A DNA stretch of 64,000 nt from Candidatus Latescibacterota bacterium (lineage in GTDB: Bacteria; Latescibacterota; UBA2968; UBA8231). Position numbers and translations under genes: made by a program. The notes below the pieces were generated by a model. The model made no database searches, had not been told where the DNA came from, and was given only the letters and a program-made list of their open reading frames with translations. The DNA is taken from contig OZ242005.1 in the NCBI GenBank assembly GCA_965204725.1, positions 5,317,244 to 5,381,243 on the forward strand, written 5' to 3'. Shown here in pieces: positions 49,774 to 59,324 of this stretch; within the stretch, counting starts at the first letter, position 1; every line of letters begins with the position of its first letter.

Positions 49774-50145
49774 TCAAATGTGCCTCTTGAGCCGCACGGC
49801 CGGCAGCCTTTTCAGGCGTTGATTGCTCGGATCAACCTCAATACCCACCGACTCCAAGGCCGTAACGCCGAGCAACGGTTCGGCGTTTTCCGCTCCAAAA
49901 AGGATCGTTCCGCCGACGATCTCCCCCATAAATTCAATGTCCGCCGTGGTGATGTTCATTTTGATTTCGCGCCCGTCTGCCAGTTCATACACCCGCGCCC
50001 CCTTGGGCCTAAGCCCGATGGCCTCCAGACAGGATCGGGGGACTAGGCAATCCGTCGCACCCGTGTCAACCAGAAACAGCCCTTCCCAAGCTCGGTCCGG
50101 TTCAGCCGGATTCCGAATGGTAACAGTAACATGCGTCGCGCCCAT
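49774..50145 (-). CDS. Clan AA (retropepsin-like) aspartic protease
   Basis: LVDTGA, YELADG, PLLGVTALE..G..VDP; GAGGAG RBS. Confidence 0.9.
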   Translation of the reverse strand: MGATHVTVTIRNPAEPDRAWEGLFLVDTGATDCLVPRSCLEAIGLRPKGARVYELADGREIKMNITTADIEFMGEIVGGTILFGAENAEPLLGVTALESVGIEVDPSNQRLKRLPAVRLKRHI

Positions 50146-50190
50146 TGTAGCACTCCTCTCGGTTGCTCAACGCCCTCCACGCCCTCCACC

Positions 50191-53100
50191 TCACAATTTC
50201 CCCGATGGGCTTGACCCGCGCAACCGCTCCGCCTCACTCGACTCGGCGGCCTCTATAACAGCCTCCGAAGTGATGGTGTAAGCGATAGACTCGCGGCTCC
50301 TGACGAGCAGCTTGGCAAACGGGTCGCGCACCCGCACCAACTGCGGGTGAGGCGTGGCGCAGTTGAAGACGACGTAGAGCCAGTATTCGTCGCGGAGGTT
50401 GCAAGCCTTGGCCCATTCATTCTCGCTCATCTCGACATGGCCGGTCCCGGCCCGTCCCTTGACTTCTATGGCGCGTCGTTCTCCGCCAGCGCGGAGGGAA
50501 CGCAGATCGAAGCCCGGCCAATCGGTCAGCCCGGCGCGCCGCGCCAGCTCGGGCCGCGAAACATCCCGCACTTGGGCACCGGAGCGCTTCTCATAACCGG
50601 CAGCCACCTCCATGGCGATGGCTTCGACATCGGCATCGTAGTGCTCAGCCTCGGCGGAATCCTCGGCCGGCACCACGAGAGCGTGAACGAGGAACTCAAT
50701 CTCACCAGCCTTAATGAGGTCTGGTTCGGCTCGCAGTTGGGCGAGGCGATGGTCGCGGGAAGCCAGTACGCTCCGCTGCCGTTTCTTGACCTTGGGAAGT
50801 TCCCTCTTGGCGTACGGATCATCAGCGCGGGCCATGTCGCTAAGGCGAGATCGGGCCGCGGCGAGTTCGGCAATCTGAAAGTCGAAGCCGCGATTGACGA
50901 ACTCCAAGCGGGCGGGCAAATCCTCGAGGCAGCGCTGGCGATGGGCTTGCGCGACGCGCTCGCTCACTTCCTCGCGGATAAACCGGGCGGCGTCAACGAC
51001 CCTATCGCGTGCTAGAGTAGCCAGTGGCACCCGGCTCGGGGCAAAGCCATGGGCACCTCTGAGCAGCAGCAGATGCTCAACCGGGTACTCCTCTAAAGTA
51101 CCGTCGCTCAATTGACGCAGCCCGATCAGGCGCGATTCGAGAAGTTGCGGAGCGGTTGCGTTGCCCTGTTCGACGGAAATCAGGGCAATGTGAAACAGGT
51201 ATGCCTCATCGGCATAAGGGTCGGTGAACACGGCCCCTTGAAGCCCGTCGCGCCCGAAGCGACTGAGGATCGCGCCCGAGAGGCCATCGAACACCGGCTC
51301 GCCGGGGTGCATCCAGACCGCGCTCTCGCGGTTCGCGGGCTTGTACACCGTCAGCCGTTCTCGCGCTTCCTCGGGATAGACCTCAAGCATTGGCAACAAG
51401 GCATCGGCCGCGCGGGGCCGGTTGGGGACCAACGCAAAGGCGGCTTCCAAATCGCCCTCAATACGCAAGTCGAGTAGGGGCGCGGCTCGCTCCACAAAAC
51501 GGCGCACGTATCCGGGCAGCAACCGGCGATAGTTTTCCCGCTCTGCTTCTTGGTTGAGACGAGCCAATCGCTGGCGCACCTCGCCGCCATCTCCAAAGAG
51601 CACACGCTCCCGCTCCGCCAGTGCTTGGACCTGTTGCTCCGTAAGGCGGCCCAAGCGCTCGGCAATGGTATCGGCGTCTTCAGCCAGATAGTCCCGCATG
51701 GACAACCCCTCGAACAGCCGGCCCACCACGTCAAAGACCTTGTCGGATCGGAGTTGCCGCCGGATCGCTTCGAGCTTGTCAAGCAGGGTCTTCAGTACCC
51801 GCCCTTCGCGCGTACCGCCGGCCACCAGATTGACAATGACCACTGGATCGCGCTGCTGGCCGTAGCGATGGATGCGCCCCATCCGCTGTTCGAGCCGCGC
51901 TGGATTCCAAGGGATGTCGTAGTTCACCATCAGCCAGCAGAACTGGAGATTGATCCCCTCGCCCGCCGCGTCGGTGGCCACTAGGTAGTTGGCCCCGCCT
52001 TCGGTCGCGGGTCGGCGGAAAAACTCGACTTGGTGCTCGCGCTCCTCGTAGGGCAGGCCGCCGTGGATCAGGGCGATCTGACCGGTAAAGCCGAGGCTTT
52101 CGAGCCGGCGCACCAAAAACTCCGCTGTGTCGCGGTGCTCGGTGAAGACGATGAGCTTCTCGTCGAGGTATTGCGGATCGCGGAGCACCTCGCGCAGCTT
52201 CTCAAACTTGGACTCCTCGCCGGTGTGGAACAGGTTCCGGGCCTTGTGGAGCAACGCTTCGACCCTGCTATGTTCTATCTCCAGCTCGCTGAGATTGACT
52301 GCGACCGTGCCGCTTAGGGCCTCGTCCTCAAACTCCTCGTGTTGCTCGCCCCCGCCCTCGCTTGCAGTCTCTTCATCGGCGGTCCGCGTTTCAAATACAT
52401 CGTCGAGCTTGCCGAGGCTCCGTTGTTGGTGCGCGAGGTGTTCCTCGGTGAGTCGTCCCTGCCGAATGTCGTCAATCAGCCCGGCGAGCTTGTCTCGGCG
52501 CCGCTCAAACGAGCGCATGAGGGCGTAGGTGGAGCTGGCGAGACGCCGCTGAAAGACGCTCATTGCCAAGCGGGCCGCGGCGCGGTTCAACACGCCGGCG
52601 CGGTTGTAGTAATACTGGATGTATTCGGTCGTCGCGTCGTAGAGCTCCTGCTCGCTTTCTCGACCCTGCGAGAGATCGTAGCTCAGAGTGGCGCAGTTGC
52701 GCTGTGGATACAGCGGCGAACCATCAAGGCGGACCATTTCCTCTTTGGTCCGGCGGATAAAGTGCTTCTTCCGCGATTGGTGGGGAAAAGTATCGAACGC
52801 GTCGTAGGTTGAGAGCGCGTCCGGCAGCAACAGACGCCACAGGCAGTAGTAAGGATAATCCTTGCCCATGTTCGGCGTTGCCGTCAGCAACAGCAGATGT
52901 TGGGCCGACCAAGAGAGCCTCCAGTGCTCATCCTCTACTTCGGCGCCGGCTAGGGCTTCCGCCAGTTTGTACCGATCCGTCTTACGCACCCGAAAATCCG
53001 GCTGGCGATCCGCAGACAGCTTGTGCGCCTCGTCGAAGACGACGAGGTCGTAGGCGGCGGTTTGCGGGGCTTTGAGGCAGCCGAACATGCGGTCCCCGGC

Positions 53101-53523
53101 CAAGGTGTCGATGCTGACGATGGTCCGGTCGCTCTCCGGGCCGAGGAAGGGATTGCCAGCGCGGGCGTCTGCGCCGCTGACGACGCGGAATGGCAGGCGA
53201 AACAGGGTGCGCATCTCCCGCTCCCAGTTGCCGACCAAGCCAGCCGGCGGCACGACGAGGACGCGACGGATGAGGCGGCGGGACAGCATCTCGCGCACGT
53301 ATAGGCCCGTCATAATGGTCTTGCCGGCCCCCGCGTCGTCGGCCAGCAAGAACCGCAGGGGGGCCTGTTGCAGCATCTGCTCGTACACGGCAATGCGCTG
53401 ATGCGGAAGCGGGTCAATCAGCGACGTTTCCGCAGCGAACGCCGAATTAAAAAGATGCCCGTAGGCGAGACGATGCGCCTCGGCAACCGCCGAGACCGCC
53501 TCTGGGTGGGCCGAGAAGTCCAT
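50191..53523 (-). CDS. SNF2-family helicase with C-terminal DUF3883 nuclease-like domain
   Basis: PLPHQ, LADDAGAGKT, DEAH, TATP, EGINLQ, EQRMGRIHR; GFDLRS...IEVKG...NEW. Confidence 0.92.
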   Translation of the reverse strand: MDFSAHPEAVSAVAEAHRLAYGHLFNSAFAAETSLIDPLPHQRIAVYEQMLQQAPLRFLLADDAGAGKTIMTGLYVREMLSRRLIRRVLVVPPAGLVGNWEREMRTLFRLPFRVVSGADARAGNPFLGPESDRTIVSIDTLAGDRMFGCLKAPQTAAYDLVVFDEAHKLSADRQPDFRVRKTDRYKLAEALAGAEVEDEHWRLSWSAQHLLLLTATPNMGKDYPYYCLWRLLLPDALSTYDAFDTFPHQSRKKHFIRRTKEEMVRLDGSPLYPQRNCATLSYDLSQGRESEQELYDATTEYIQYYYNRAGVLNRAAARLAMSVFQRRLASSTYALMRSFERRRDKLAGLIDDIRQGRLTEEHLAHQQRSLGKLDDVFETRTADEETASEGGGEQHEEFEDEALSGTVAVNLSELEIEHSRVEALLHKARNLFHTGEESKFEKLREVLRDPQYLDEKLIVFTEHRDTAEFLVRRLESLGFTGQIALIHGGLPYEEREHQVEFFRRPATEGGANYLVATDAAGEGINLQFCWLMVNYDIPWNPARLEQRMGRIHRYGQQRDPVVIVNLVAGGTREGRVLKTLLDKLEAIRRQLRSDKVFDVVGRLFEGLSMRDYLAEDADTIAERLGRLTEQQVQALAERERVLFGDGGEVRQRLARLNQEAERENYRRLLPGYVRRFVERAAPLLDLRIEGDLEAAFALVPNRPRAADALLPMLEVYPEEARERLTVYKPANRESAVWMHPGEPVFDGLSGAILSRFGRDGLQGAVFTDPYADEAYLFHIALISVEQGNATAPQLLESRLIGLRQLSDGTLEEYPVEHLLLLRGAHGFAPSRVPLATLARDRVVDAARFIREEVSERVAQAHRQRCLEDLPARLEFVNRGFDFQIAELAAARSRLSDMARADDPYAKRELPKVKKRQRSVLASRDHRLAQLRAEPDLIKAGEIEFLVHALVVPAEDSAEAEHYDADVEAIAMEVAAGYEKRSGAQVRDVSRPELARRAGLTDWPGFDLRSLRAGGERRAIEVKGRAGTGHVEMSENEWAKACNLRDEYWLYVVFNCATPHPQLVRVRDPFAKLLVRSRESIAYTITSEAVIEAAESSEAERLRGSSPSGKL

Positions 53524-53794
53524 TAGTGGTCAGGTTCCATTCGACTTGGGGGAGTTGTTGGGCCAATGGCTAGCTCGCTACTCCTTCACAGCACCCGCCG
53601 TCAGCCCCTGCGTGAAAAATCGCTGGGTGAAGAGAAAGAATAGCTGTAGCGTTCTGCGATTTCCGAAATGCGGTCCGGTTTCATTGCTTCAATAATGCCG
53701 CCAAGCCGTGGGTCTTGGCAAACCCGAATACGTGCCCTCGGCTTACCGATGGATCGAAGGAGTTGGCTGAAGATCGGATTCAGAATGTATTGAT

Positions 53795-53935
53795 CCTTGC
53801 ACTGCCGGCACCGATGTTTGAGGTTACGCCTAGGTTCACGCGAACGGTCTTGTTTGCACACAAACCCTTAGCCAATATGAATAAGGAAGACCGAGTGCGC
53901 TCCTGCTACCTACACGCGTACCTACTTATGTATCT
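53795..53935 (+). pseudogene. Fragment resembling the C-terminal part of AlbA/Schlafen-HATPase (RecG-like) regulators
   Basis: LPAPMFEV..TRTVLFAHKPL..M.KEDRVRSCYLH recognised from memory; N-terminal domains absent. Confidence 0.5.
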
Positions 53936-53968
53936 CAACACCCGACCACTCTCAAAAGAAGGCAGACC

Positions 53969-55153
53969 ATGTTTCGACAGTTAGAAATGGCACCGGCCGA
54001 CCCCATCTTGGGGCTGAGCGCGGCGTTCAAGAGCGATGCGAATCCAAACAAAATCAACCTCAGCGTCGGCGTCTATCAGGACGCGAGCGGCCAGACGCCG
54101 GTTTTGGCTACGGTGCAAACCGCGCAAGAGCGCGTCTTAGCTGCGGAGAAAAGCAAGAGCTATTTGAGCATTGAGGGCAGCCCGGAATACGGGGCGGCCG
54201 TGCGGGCGCTCATTTTGGGCGTTGGGCACGAAGCGGCCGAGCGAGCCGTCACCGTGCAAAGCCCCGGCGGCACCGGTGCCTTGCGCTTGGCTGGCGACTT
54301 TCTCGCCCAGCACTTAGGCGATCGGTCCGTGTGGATGAGCGAGCCGACTTGGGCCAATCACCCCAAGGTCTTTGCCGCGGCCGGCCTGCGGGTCGAGACC
54401 TATCCCTATTTCTCTGCCCGCGCCAACCGCCTCGATGCCGACGCCTTGCTCGCTGCACTCGGGCAAATCCCCTCCGGCCACGTAGTGCTGCTGCACGGCT
54501 GCTGCCACAACCCCACCGGCTGCGACCCCACCCCGGCTACTTGGCGGCAGATCGCTGCGATCGTCGCCGAGCGCGGCTTATTGCCCTTGGTTGACTTTGC
54601 CTATCAGGGGTTCGGCGACGGGTTGCACGAAGACGCGGCCGGCCTGCGGGCACTCTGCGACGCGGGTTGCGAGCTACTCGTGGCCAGTTCCTTTTCCAAA
54701 AACTTCGGCCTGTACAACGAGCGCGTCGGCGCGCTGACCTTGATCGGCGCGGACGCCGAGGCCGCGCTTAGGGCCTTGAGCCACCTCAAAATCGCCGCCC
54801 GCACTAGTTACTCCAATCCCCCGGCCCACGGGGCGGCCATTGTCTGCGAGATCCTCGGCGACCCAATGCTGCGCCGCCAATGGGAGGGCGAATTGGCGCA
54901 GATGCGCGAGCGGATCAACCGCGTGCGCCAACGGCTCGTCGCTCGGCTCGGCAAAAAGGGCGTGGAGCGCGACTTTTCGTTTATCGAACGGCAGCGGGGG
55001 ATGTTCTCTTTTTCGGGCTTGAACGCCGAGCAGGTCGAAAGGCTGCGGGAACAGTACGCGATCTACATCGTAGCGGGAGGGCGCATCAACGTCGCCGGCC
55101 TGACCGAGGACAACCTCGATTACTTCTGCGCTTCGCTGGCCGCTGTCTTGTAG
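53969..55153 (+). CDS. aspC: Aspartate/aromatic amino acid aminotransferase
   Basis: APADPILG, INLSVGVY, PTWANH, HGCCHNPTG, DFAYQGF, SFSKNFGLYNERVG, GRINVAG. Confidence 0.93.
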   Translation: MFRQLEMAPADPILGLSAAFKSDANPNKINLSVGVYQDASGQTPVLATVQTAQERVLAAEKSKSYLSIEGSPEYGAAVRALILGVGHEAAERAVTVQSPGGTGALRLAGDFLAQHLGDRSVWMSEPTWANHPKVFAAAGLRVETYPYFSARANRLDADALLAALGQIPSGHVVLLHGCCHNPTGCDPTPATWRQIAAIVAERGLLPLVDFAYQGFGDGLHEDAAGLRALCDAGCELLVASSFSKNFGLYNERVGALTLIGADAEAALRALSHLKIAARTSYSNPPAHGAAIVCEILGDPMLRRQWEGELAQMRERINRVRQRLVARLGKKGVERDFSFIERQRGMFSFSGLNAEQVERLREQYAIYIVAGGRINVAGLTEDNLDYFCASLAAVL

Positions 55154-56218
55154 CTACTGCACGGAGAAGCTCAGGGCGCGCACCAGCACCGGGGTGCCGG
55201 TGAGGATTTCCGCTTGGCTCGACAGGGTGTTGCCGTCGTCGTACACGATGGTCTCTGGCCGGCCTAGGGCAATGTCATCGTCGCCGCGCAAGACCGCGAT
55301 GGGTTCGGGGCGCTGGAGAAATTCGATCAGGGCTTGGTCGAGCTGGTCTAGCCCGGTGAAGCGATCCACTTGCCCCTCTTGGACCAGCGTGGCGAATTGC
55401 TCGTAGAACGGCCCGGCGTTTTCGGCCAATAGCTGCGAGCCGGCGAGGAAGTACAGGGTATAGACGCGATCGATCTCGTTGAAGGTGATCCAAGTGTTCT
55501 CCCCGGGGCCGTATTGGACGATGTTTGAATAGACGAATTGTTCGTCAAACAAGGTCTCTAACTCACCAGCGGAACTACACAAAAAGGCGTGGACCTCGGC
55601 GTCGCGGCTCAGCTTGAATCGCAGTTGCAGTTGGTCGCCCTGCTGCAATTGTGCGCCCTCGGCCAGCTCGACGGCTTGGGCGACGCCTCCCTCTTCGCGC
55701 TTGGCAATCAGGTGCAATTCCACTTCAACGGGTCCGTCGCCGGCGTCGATTCCACGCTGGCGCGCGGCGACCTCATGGCGCACGTCTCGCTCCAAGATGC
55801 GGCCGGTGCGAGCGGCCACGAGCTCGCCGCTGGCCCGCTCGATTAAAAACATCCGCACGTACATCCACGGCGCGTCTGCTTCGAGCCGCCCACCCAATGC
55901 GAGCGCGGCGCGCCCCCCTTGCTTGAGGCCGACCAATTCCGCGTCGCGCCACCGCTTCCCGGTCGTGTCCGCCAGCCCCACCGCGACCTCGGTCCTCAGC
56001 AGCGCGGACAGCAAGTAGTCGTTGATCACCTTGGTCTCCTCGGTCTGTACGCCGGCCGGGTCACGCAAGCCCAGCCAGTCGATCTCGCCCTCTTGGGACT
56101 CGACGATTCCCACTAGCTCTTGGGCCGCAGCCGCTAGTTGATGGCTTTGCTCCCGGCCGCCGATAAAGGGGACACAGCCGCCCAGCGAGAGTGCGAGTGC
56201 AATCACCAGCCCAGCCAT
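55154..56218 (-). CDS. Hypothetical lipoprotein (possible DUF4384-like domain)
   Basis: Lipobox LGGC; EGAQLQQGDQLQLRF. Confidence 0.6.
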   Translation of the reverse strand: MAGLVIALALSLGGCVPFIGGREQSHQLAAAAQELVGIVESQEGEIDWLGLRDPAGVQTEETKVINDYLLSALLRTEVAVGLADTTGKRWRDAELVGLKQGGRAALALGGRLEADAPWMYVRMFLIERASGELVAARTGRILERDVRHEVAARQRGIDAGDGPVEVELHLIAKREEGGVAQAVELAEGAQLQQGDQLQLRFKLSRDAEVHAFLCSSAGELETLFDEQFVYSNIVQYGPGENTWITFNEIDRVYTLYFLAGSQLLAENAGPFYEQFATLVQEGQVDRFTGLDQLDQALIEFLQRPEPIAVLRGDDDIALGRPETIVYDDGNTLSSQAEILTGTPVLVRALSFSVQ

Positions 56219-56219
56219 G

Positions 56220-57929
56220 TCACTTCTCCAGCCGCCGCAAAACGGGCAACAGCATATCCTCGGCCACGCGCTCCCAACTCATCATTTGGGCCACTGCGTA
56301 GCCTTCGGCAAGCAGCTTTTTGCGGTCGGTCTCACCAGTGGACAACTGGCCGGCCAAGGCGCTGGCTACGACCTGACTTTGCAATGCTTCGGCCTGGGTG
56401 CATTCCCGCGCTCCAATCGGTTGACCGGCGCGGTCCGCCGCGGCGAGCTGGGTATAGGCACCCTCGATAAAGCCACCCAATCCCGCCTCACCGGCTGCTT
56501 GGCGCACAAAGCCGCGGCAACCGCACACATCGCTGACCACGCTGATGGTGCCAGAGCTTAGGCACTCGACTTGGGAGATGCCAAAAGGCTCGTAAATCGA
56601 CTGCCCGAACTCCACGTCGCTACCTCGGCGCAAATCGGCAAACTCCGCATGGGCCGGCAGGAACGCGCCGCAGCTTTGCTGGTCCCACCCAAATTGATTG
56701 ACGAAAAGTGCTTTGACGGCGCGCGTACGCGCATTAAAGGCGCGGACCAAAAGGTCGAATTTTAGCTCGCCGCTGCTGAGGTCGCTCCCGCCCTCGCGGT
56801 GGACCAGCGGCCAACCGTACGCGGCCATGCGCTGGACATCCTCGGGGTCGCGGCGGCCGGTCTCGGTCGCCAATGCAATAAAAAGCGCCCGTTGCCCTCG
56901 CTCCCACAGGTGGCGATCGAGGTGTTCGAGTACTAGCAAATCGCGCCACAACCCCTTGCTCTCGACTAGGCGGGCGACGTGCGTAAAGACCATATCCGGG
57001 GTCCAACCCAAGAGCGCGGCCGCGCTGGCCTGCACCTTTTTTCGCGCCGCCTCGCGCTCGGCCACGGACAACTCCGCGGCCGGCACCCCGTTGTATAGGA
57101 GGTCAATGGGACGAGCGGCGAATTCCGGCCCGAGAAAGCGCAGCTCCTCCTCCACCCAATCGCCGACCGCGAGGACGGCGTCGAGACGCCAAGCTTGGCT
57201 GACTAAGGCGTGTTTGAAATAGCTGTCTTGCGGGCCGAACAATTCGTCGATGTACTGGCCGTTTGCTCTCGCTTGGCGCAGCGCGTTGTAAAAGGCAATG
57301 TCGCGCCCGGGCCGCTCCTCGACCAAGGGCCGCACGGTGGCCACTTCGTGCGCGTAGAACAGGGTCTTACACGCGGCATCGCTCATCATGGCTCTGAAGG
57401 CAGTCCCCAGCCCCATGAATTCATGCGCCAACAGCAGGAAGGGCGCGTCGCCGACTAGGGAGCACACGGCTGCAAAACCCGGCTCGGCCAAGCGCAGGTA
57501 TTGCTCGTATTCCCAATGCTGCTCGTAGCGGTTCGATTCGAGGCCAAAGTGGAGGAATAGGTCTCGTTTGAATTCGTTCAGCCGCTGGGGCGGGTGGCTC
57601 ACATCTACCAACAAAACCTCGGGCGCGGCGCGGCGTCCGTCTTGGGTCAGCAAGCGTCGGCCATAGACCAGCCGCACACCAAATTCCCGCTCGACCGCAC
57701 TGAGCTGGTCGGCGACTGGCGCGGCGCGAATGCTGCGGCTGGCGTCGTAGAGTATCTCGCCGTCTGGGCCGAGCGGTTGGGCGCGATCTGGATCGGTTAG
57801 GGGGCCGAGTAGGATGGTGCGCTGGCAATGGCTCTGGTAGCTGCGGGCCGTGATCAGACCGCGCAAAACCGCGCCGATCCCACCGACTTGCTGCACGGCT
57901 TCGTGCGTGACGTGGACGAGGGTGGTCAT
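56220..57929 (-). CDS. GT-B glycosyltransferase, glycogen-synthase (GT3)-like
   Basis: HEAVQQVGGIGAV, AHEFMG, R...SKG, SIYEPFGISQVE. Confidence 0.68.
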   Translation of the reverse strand: MTTLVHVTHEAVQQVGGIGAVLRGLITARSYQSHCQRTILLGPLTDPDRAQPLGPDGEILYDASRSIRAAPVADQLSAVEREFGVRLVYGRRLLTQDGRRAAPEVLLVDVSHPPQRLNEFKRDLFLHFGLESNRYEQHWEYEQYLRLAEPGFAAVCSLVGDAPFLLLAHEFMGLGTAFRAMMSDAACKTLFYAHEVATVRPLVEERPGRDIAFYNALRQARANGQYIDELFGPQDSYFKHALVSQAWRLDAVLAVGDWVEEELRFLGPEFAARPIDLLYNGVPAAELSVAEREAARKKVQASAAALLGWTPDMVFTHVARLVESKGLWRDLLVLEHLDRHLWERGQRALFIALATETGRRDPEDVQRMAAYGWPLVHREGGSDLSSGELKFDLLVRAFNARTRAVKALFVNQFGWDQQSCGAFLPAHAEFADLRRGSDVEFGQSIYEPFGISQVECLSSGTISVVSDVCGCRGFVRQAAGEAGLGGFIEGAYTQLAAADRAGQPIGARECTQAEALQSQVVASALAGQLSTGETDRKKLLAEGYAVAQMMSWERVAEDMLLPVLRRLEK

Positions 57930-58531
57930 CGCACTAGATTTCCGCCCGTGATCCTCTGTAACAAGTGGGGTTCGTCCTTGAGGATCGGCTGGAAACTGGG
58001 ATCATTCTGGACCTGAGCGGCGAGAGAATCCCCGCGCATTTCTTCTTGCCCAACGAAGGCCATGATTTCTTGCGTTGCCCAATGCACCGCTCCGCTATCT
58101 ACTAGTTCGGGTGGGCAAAAACATCCGCGTTCAATGAGGGGTCCCCATGCCGATCTCAGCAGGCTCTCTTCGTCTTGAGGGACGAAGAACAAAGGAAATT
58201 GGATGTGGCACAATTCCCACCGGAAATGCAGGTTTTCCTGTAGCAGATTTGAGTAGGCCAATTCGACGCTGCTCCATCCACGCCCCTGAGCAAGAGACTT
58301 GGCCGTGACAAAATACACAACGTGTCGGCAGCGTATAATGCTCTCTCGAAGCGCGGCAAATGCTCCTTGGCCTTTCGGGTAGTGATGGCGATCGATCCAC
58401 GGAAAGTAGGCGTTGTCTTCTAGTGCTCTGTACACGGGCAGCACTAGACAATCTCGATCCTCGGCACAATGCGAGAGAAACACGTGATGGGTACAAGGCG
58501 GCAGACGCTCGACCTTCCAATCGCCGATCAT
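57926..58531 (-). CDS. TIR-domain protein
   Basis: VFLSH..ED, PWID, I..CRHVVYFVT, GWSSVELAY (candidate catalytic Glu). Confidence 0.85.
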   Translation of the reverse strand: MIGDWKVERLPPCTHHVFLSHCAEDRDCLVLPVYRALEDNAYFPWIDRHHYPKGQGAFAALRESIIRCRHVVYFVTAKSLAQGRGWSSVELAYSNLLQENLHFRWELCHIQFPLFFVPQDEESLLRSAWGPLIERGCFCPPELVDSGAVHWATQEIMAFVGQEEMRGDSLAAQVQNDPSFQPILKDEPHLLQRITGGNLVR

Positions 58532-59152
58532 TCAAGTGGCCCATTCGCGCAACGGAGGGAAGGGTTCCACTTCGAGTGTAGGAGCCGCAATGCCCGTAAT
58601 GGCCGTAATCAGTTCCTCGCCGAGGGGCGTCGGACAAGCGAATATGTCGTGCTTGATTTCCATGACACCGCCTTCGGCCATGCTTTCGCATGCCGTTTTG
58701 ATCTGGCCGAGCCTGTATTTGTCATCTAAAGCTGAAGACAGCGACTGGTAAGACAAGCCATAGCCAACCGTGCGCGTTGGGTTAAACTGCGGGAAGGCGG
58801 CGAGAATATCGCGGTAAATCTCAGGCAAGCTATCCACATCGTCTGTCAACTCAAAAGGTTCTACTTTGAGTGTAGGGGCCGCAATGCCCGTAATGGCCGC
58901 AATCAGTTCTTCGCCAAGGGAAGTCGGATATGCGAATAGCTTGCCCTCAATCTCCACGACACCGCCTTCGGTCATGTTTTCACCCGCCTTCACAATCTGG
59001 CCGAGCGTGTATTTCCCATCCAACGCCGAATACAGCGATTGGAATGACAAGCCATGGCCGGCCATGCGCGTCGGGTTGAACTGCGGGAAGGCGGCGAGGA
59101 CATCGCGGTAAATCTCAGGTAAGCTATTAACGTATTCAGTGGATATGGGCAT
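58532..59152 (-). CDS. Hypothetical protein with two tandem ~98-aa (winged-helix-like) domains
   Basis: Internal duplication LPEIYRD.LAAFPQFNPTR...PT.LGEELI.AITG; GGAGG RBS. Confidence 0.78.
   Translation of the reverse strand: MPISTEYVNSLPEIYRDVLAAFPQFNPTRMAGHGLSFQSLYSALDGKYTLGQIVKAGENMTEGGVVEIEGKLFAYPTSLGEELIAAITGIAAPTLKVEPFELTDDVDSLPEIYRDILAAFPQFNPTRTVGYGLSYQSLSSALDDKYRLGQIKTACESMAEGGVMEIKHDIFACPTPLGEELITAITGIAAPTLEVEPFPPLREWAT
58561..59131. repeat. Intragenic direct duplication, 294-bp period
   Basis: 58561-58837 matches 58855-59131. Confidence 0.9.
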
Positions 59153-59324
59153 GTCATACCTCCCTGCGTTGATTGTACATGGTCGTCTCTGACAAAATAG
59201 ACCGCAGCCTAAGCCCCGACAAGGCGGCCAGAGCGTCTCAACCGGTACGCCCCCCTTGGTGCTGTGTGGTTAGATTCGTACCCTTTCTCGTCCATGTCCC
59301 CAACCTACTTTCCAGCGAGGAATC

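Noticed and set aside
37388-53523. Canonical BREX, DISARM or Type I/III RM call
   Set aside because: No PglZ, BrxA/B/L, DrmA/B, HsdS or Res/Mod recognised
33780-53960. Island as a prophage, ICE or IS-bounded transposon
   Set aside because: No integrase, transposase, conjugation or phage structural genes; no tRNA/att site recognised
57926-58531. Thoeris or CBASS
   Set aside because: No ThsA (SIR2/Macro) or CD-NTase nearby; the CYTH gene belongs to the purA operon
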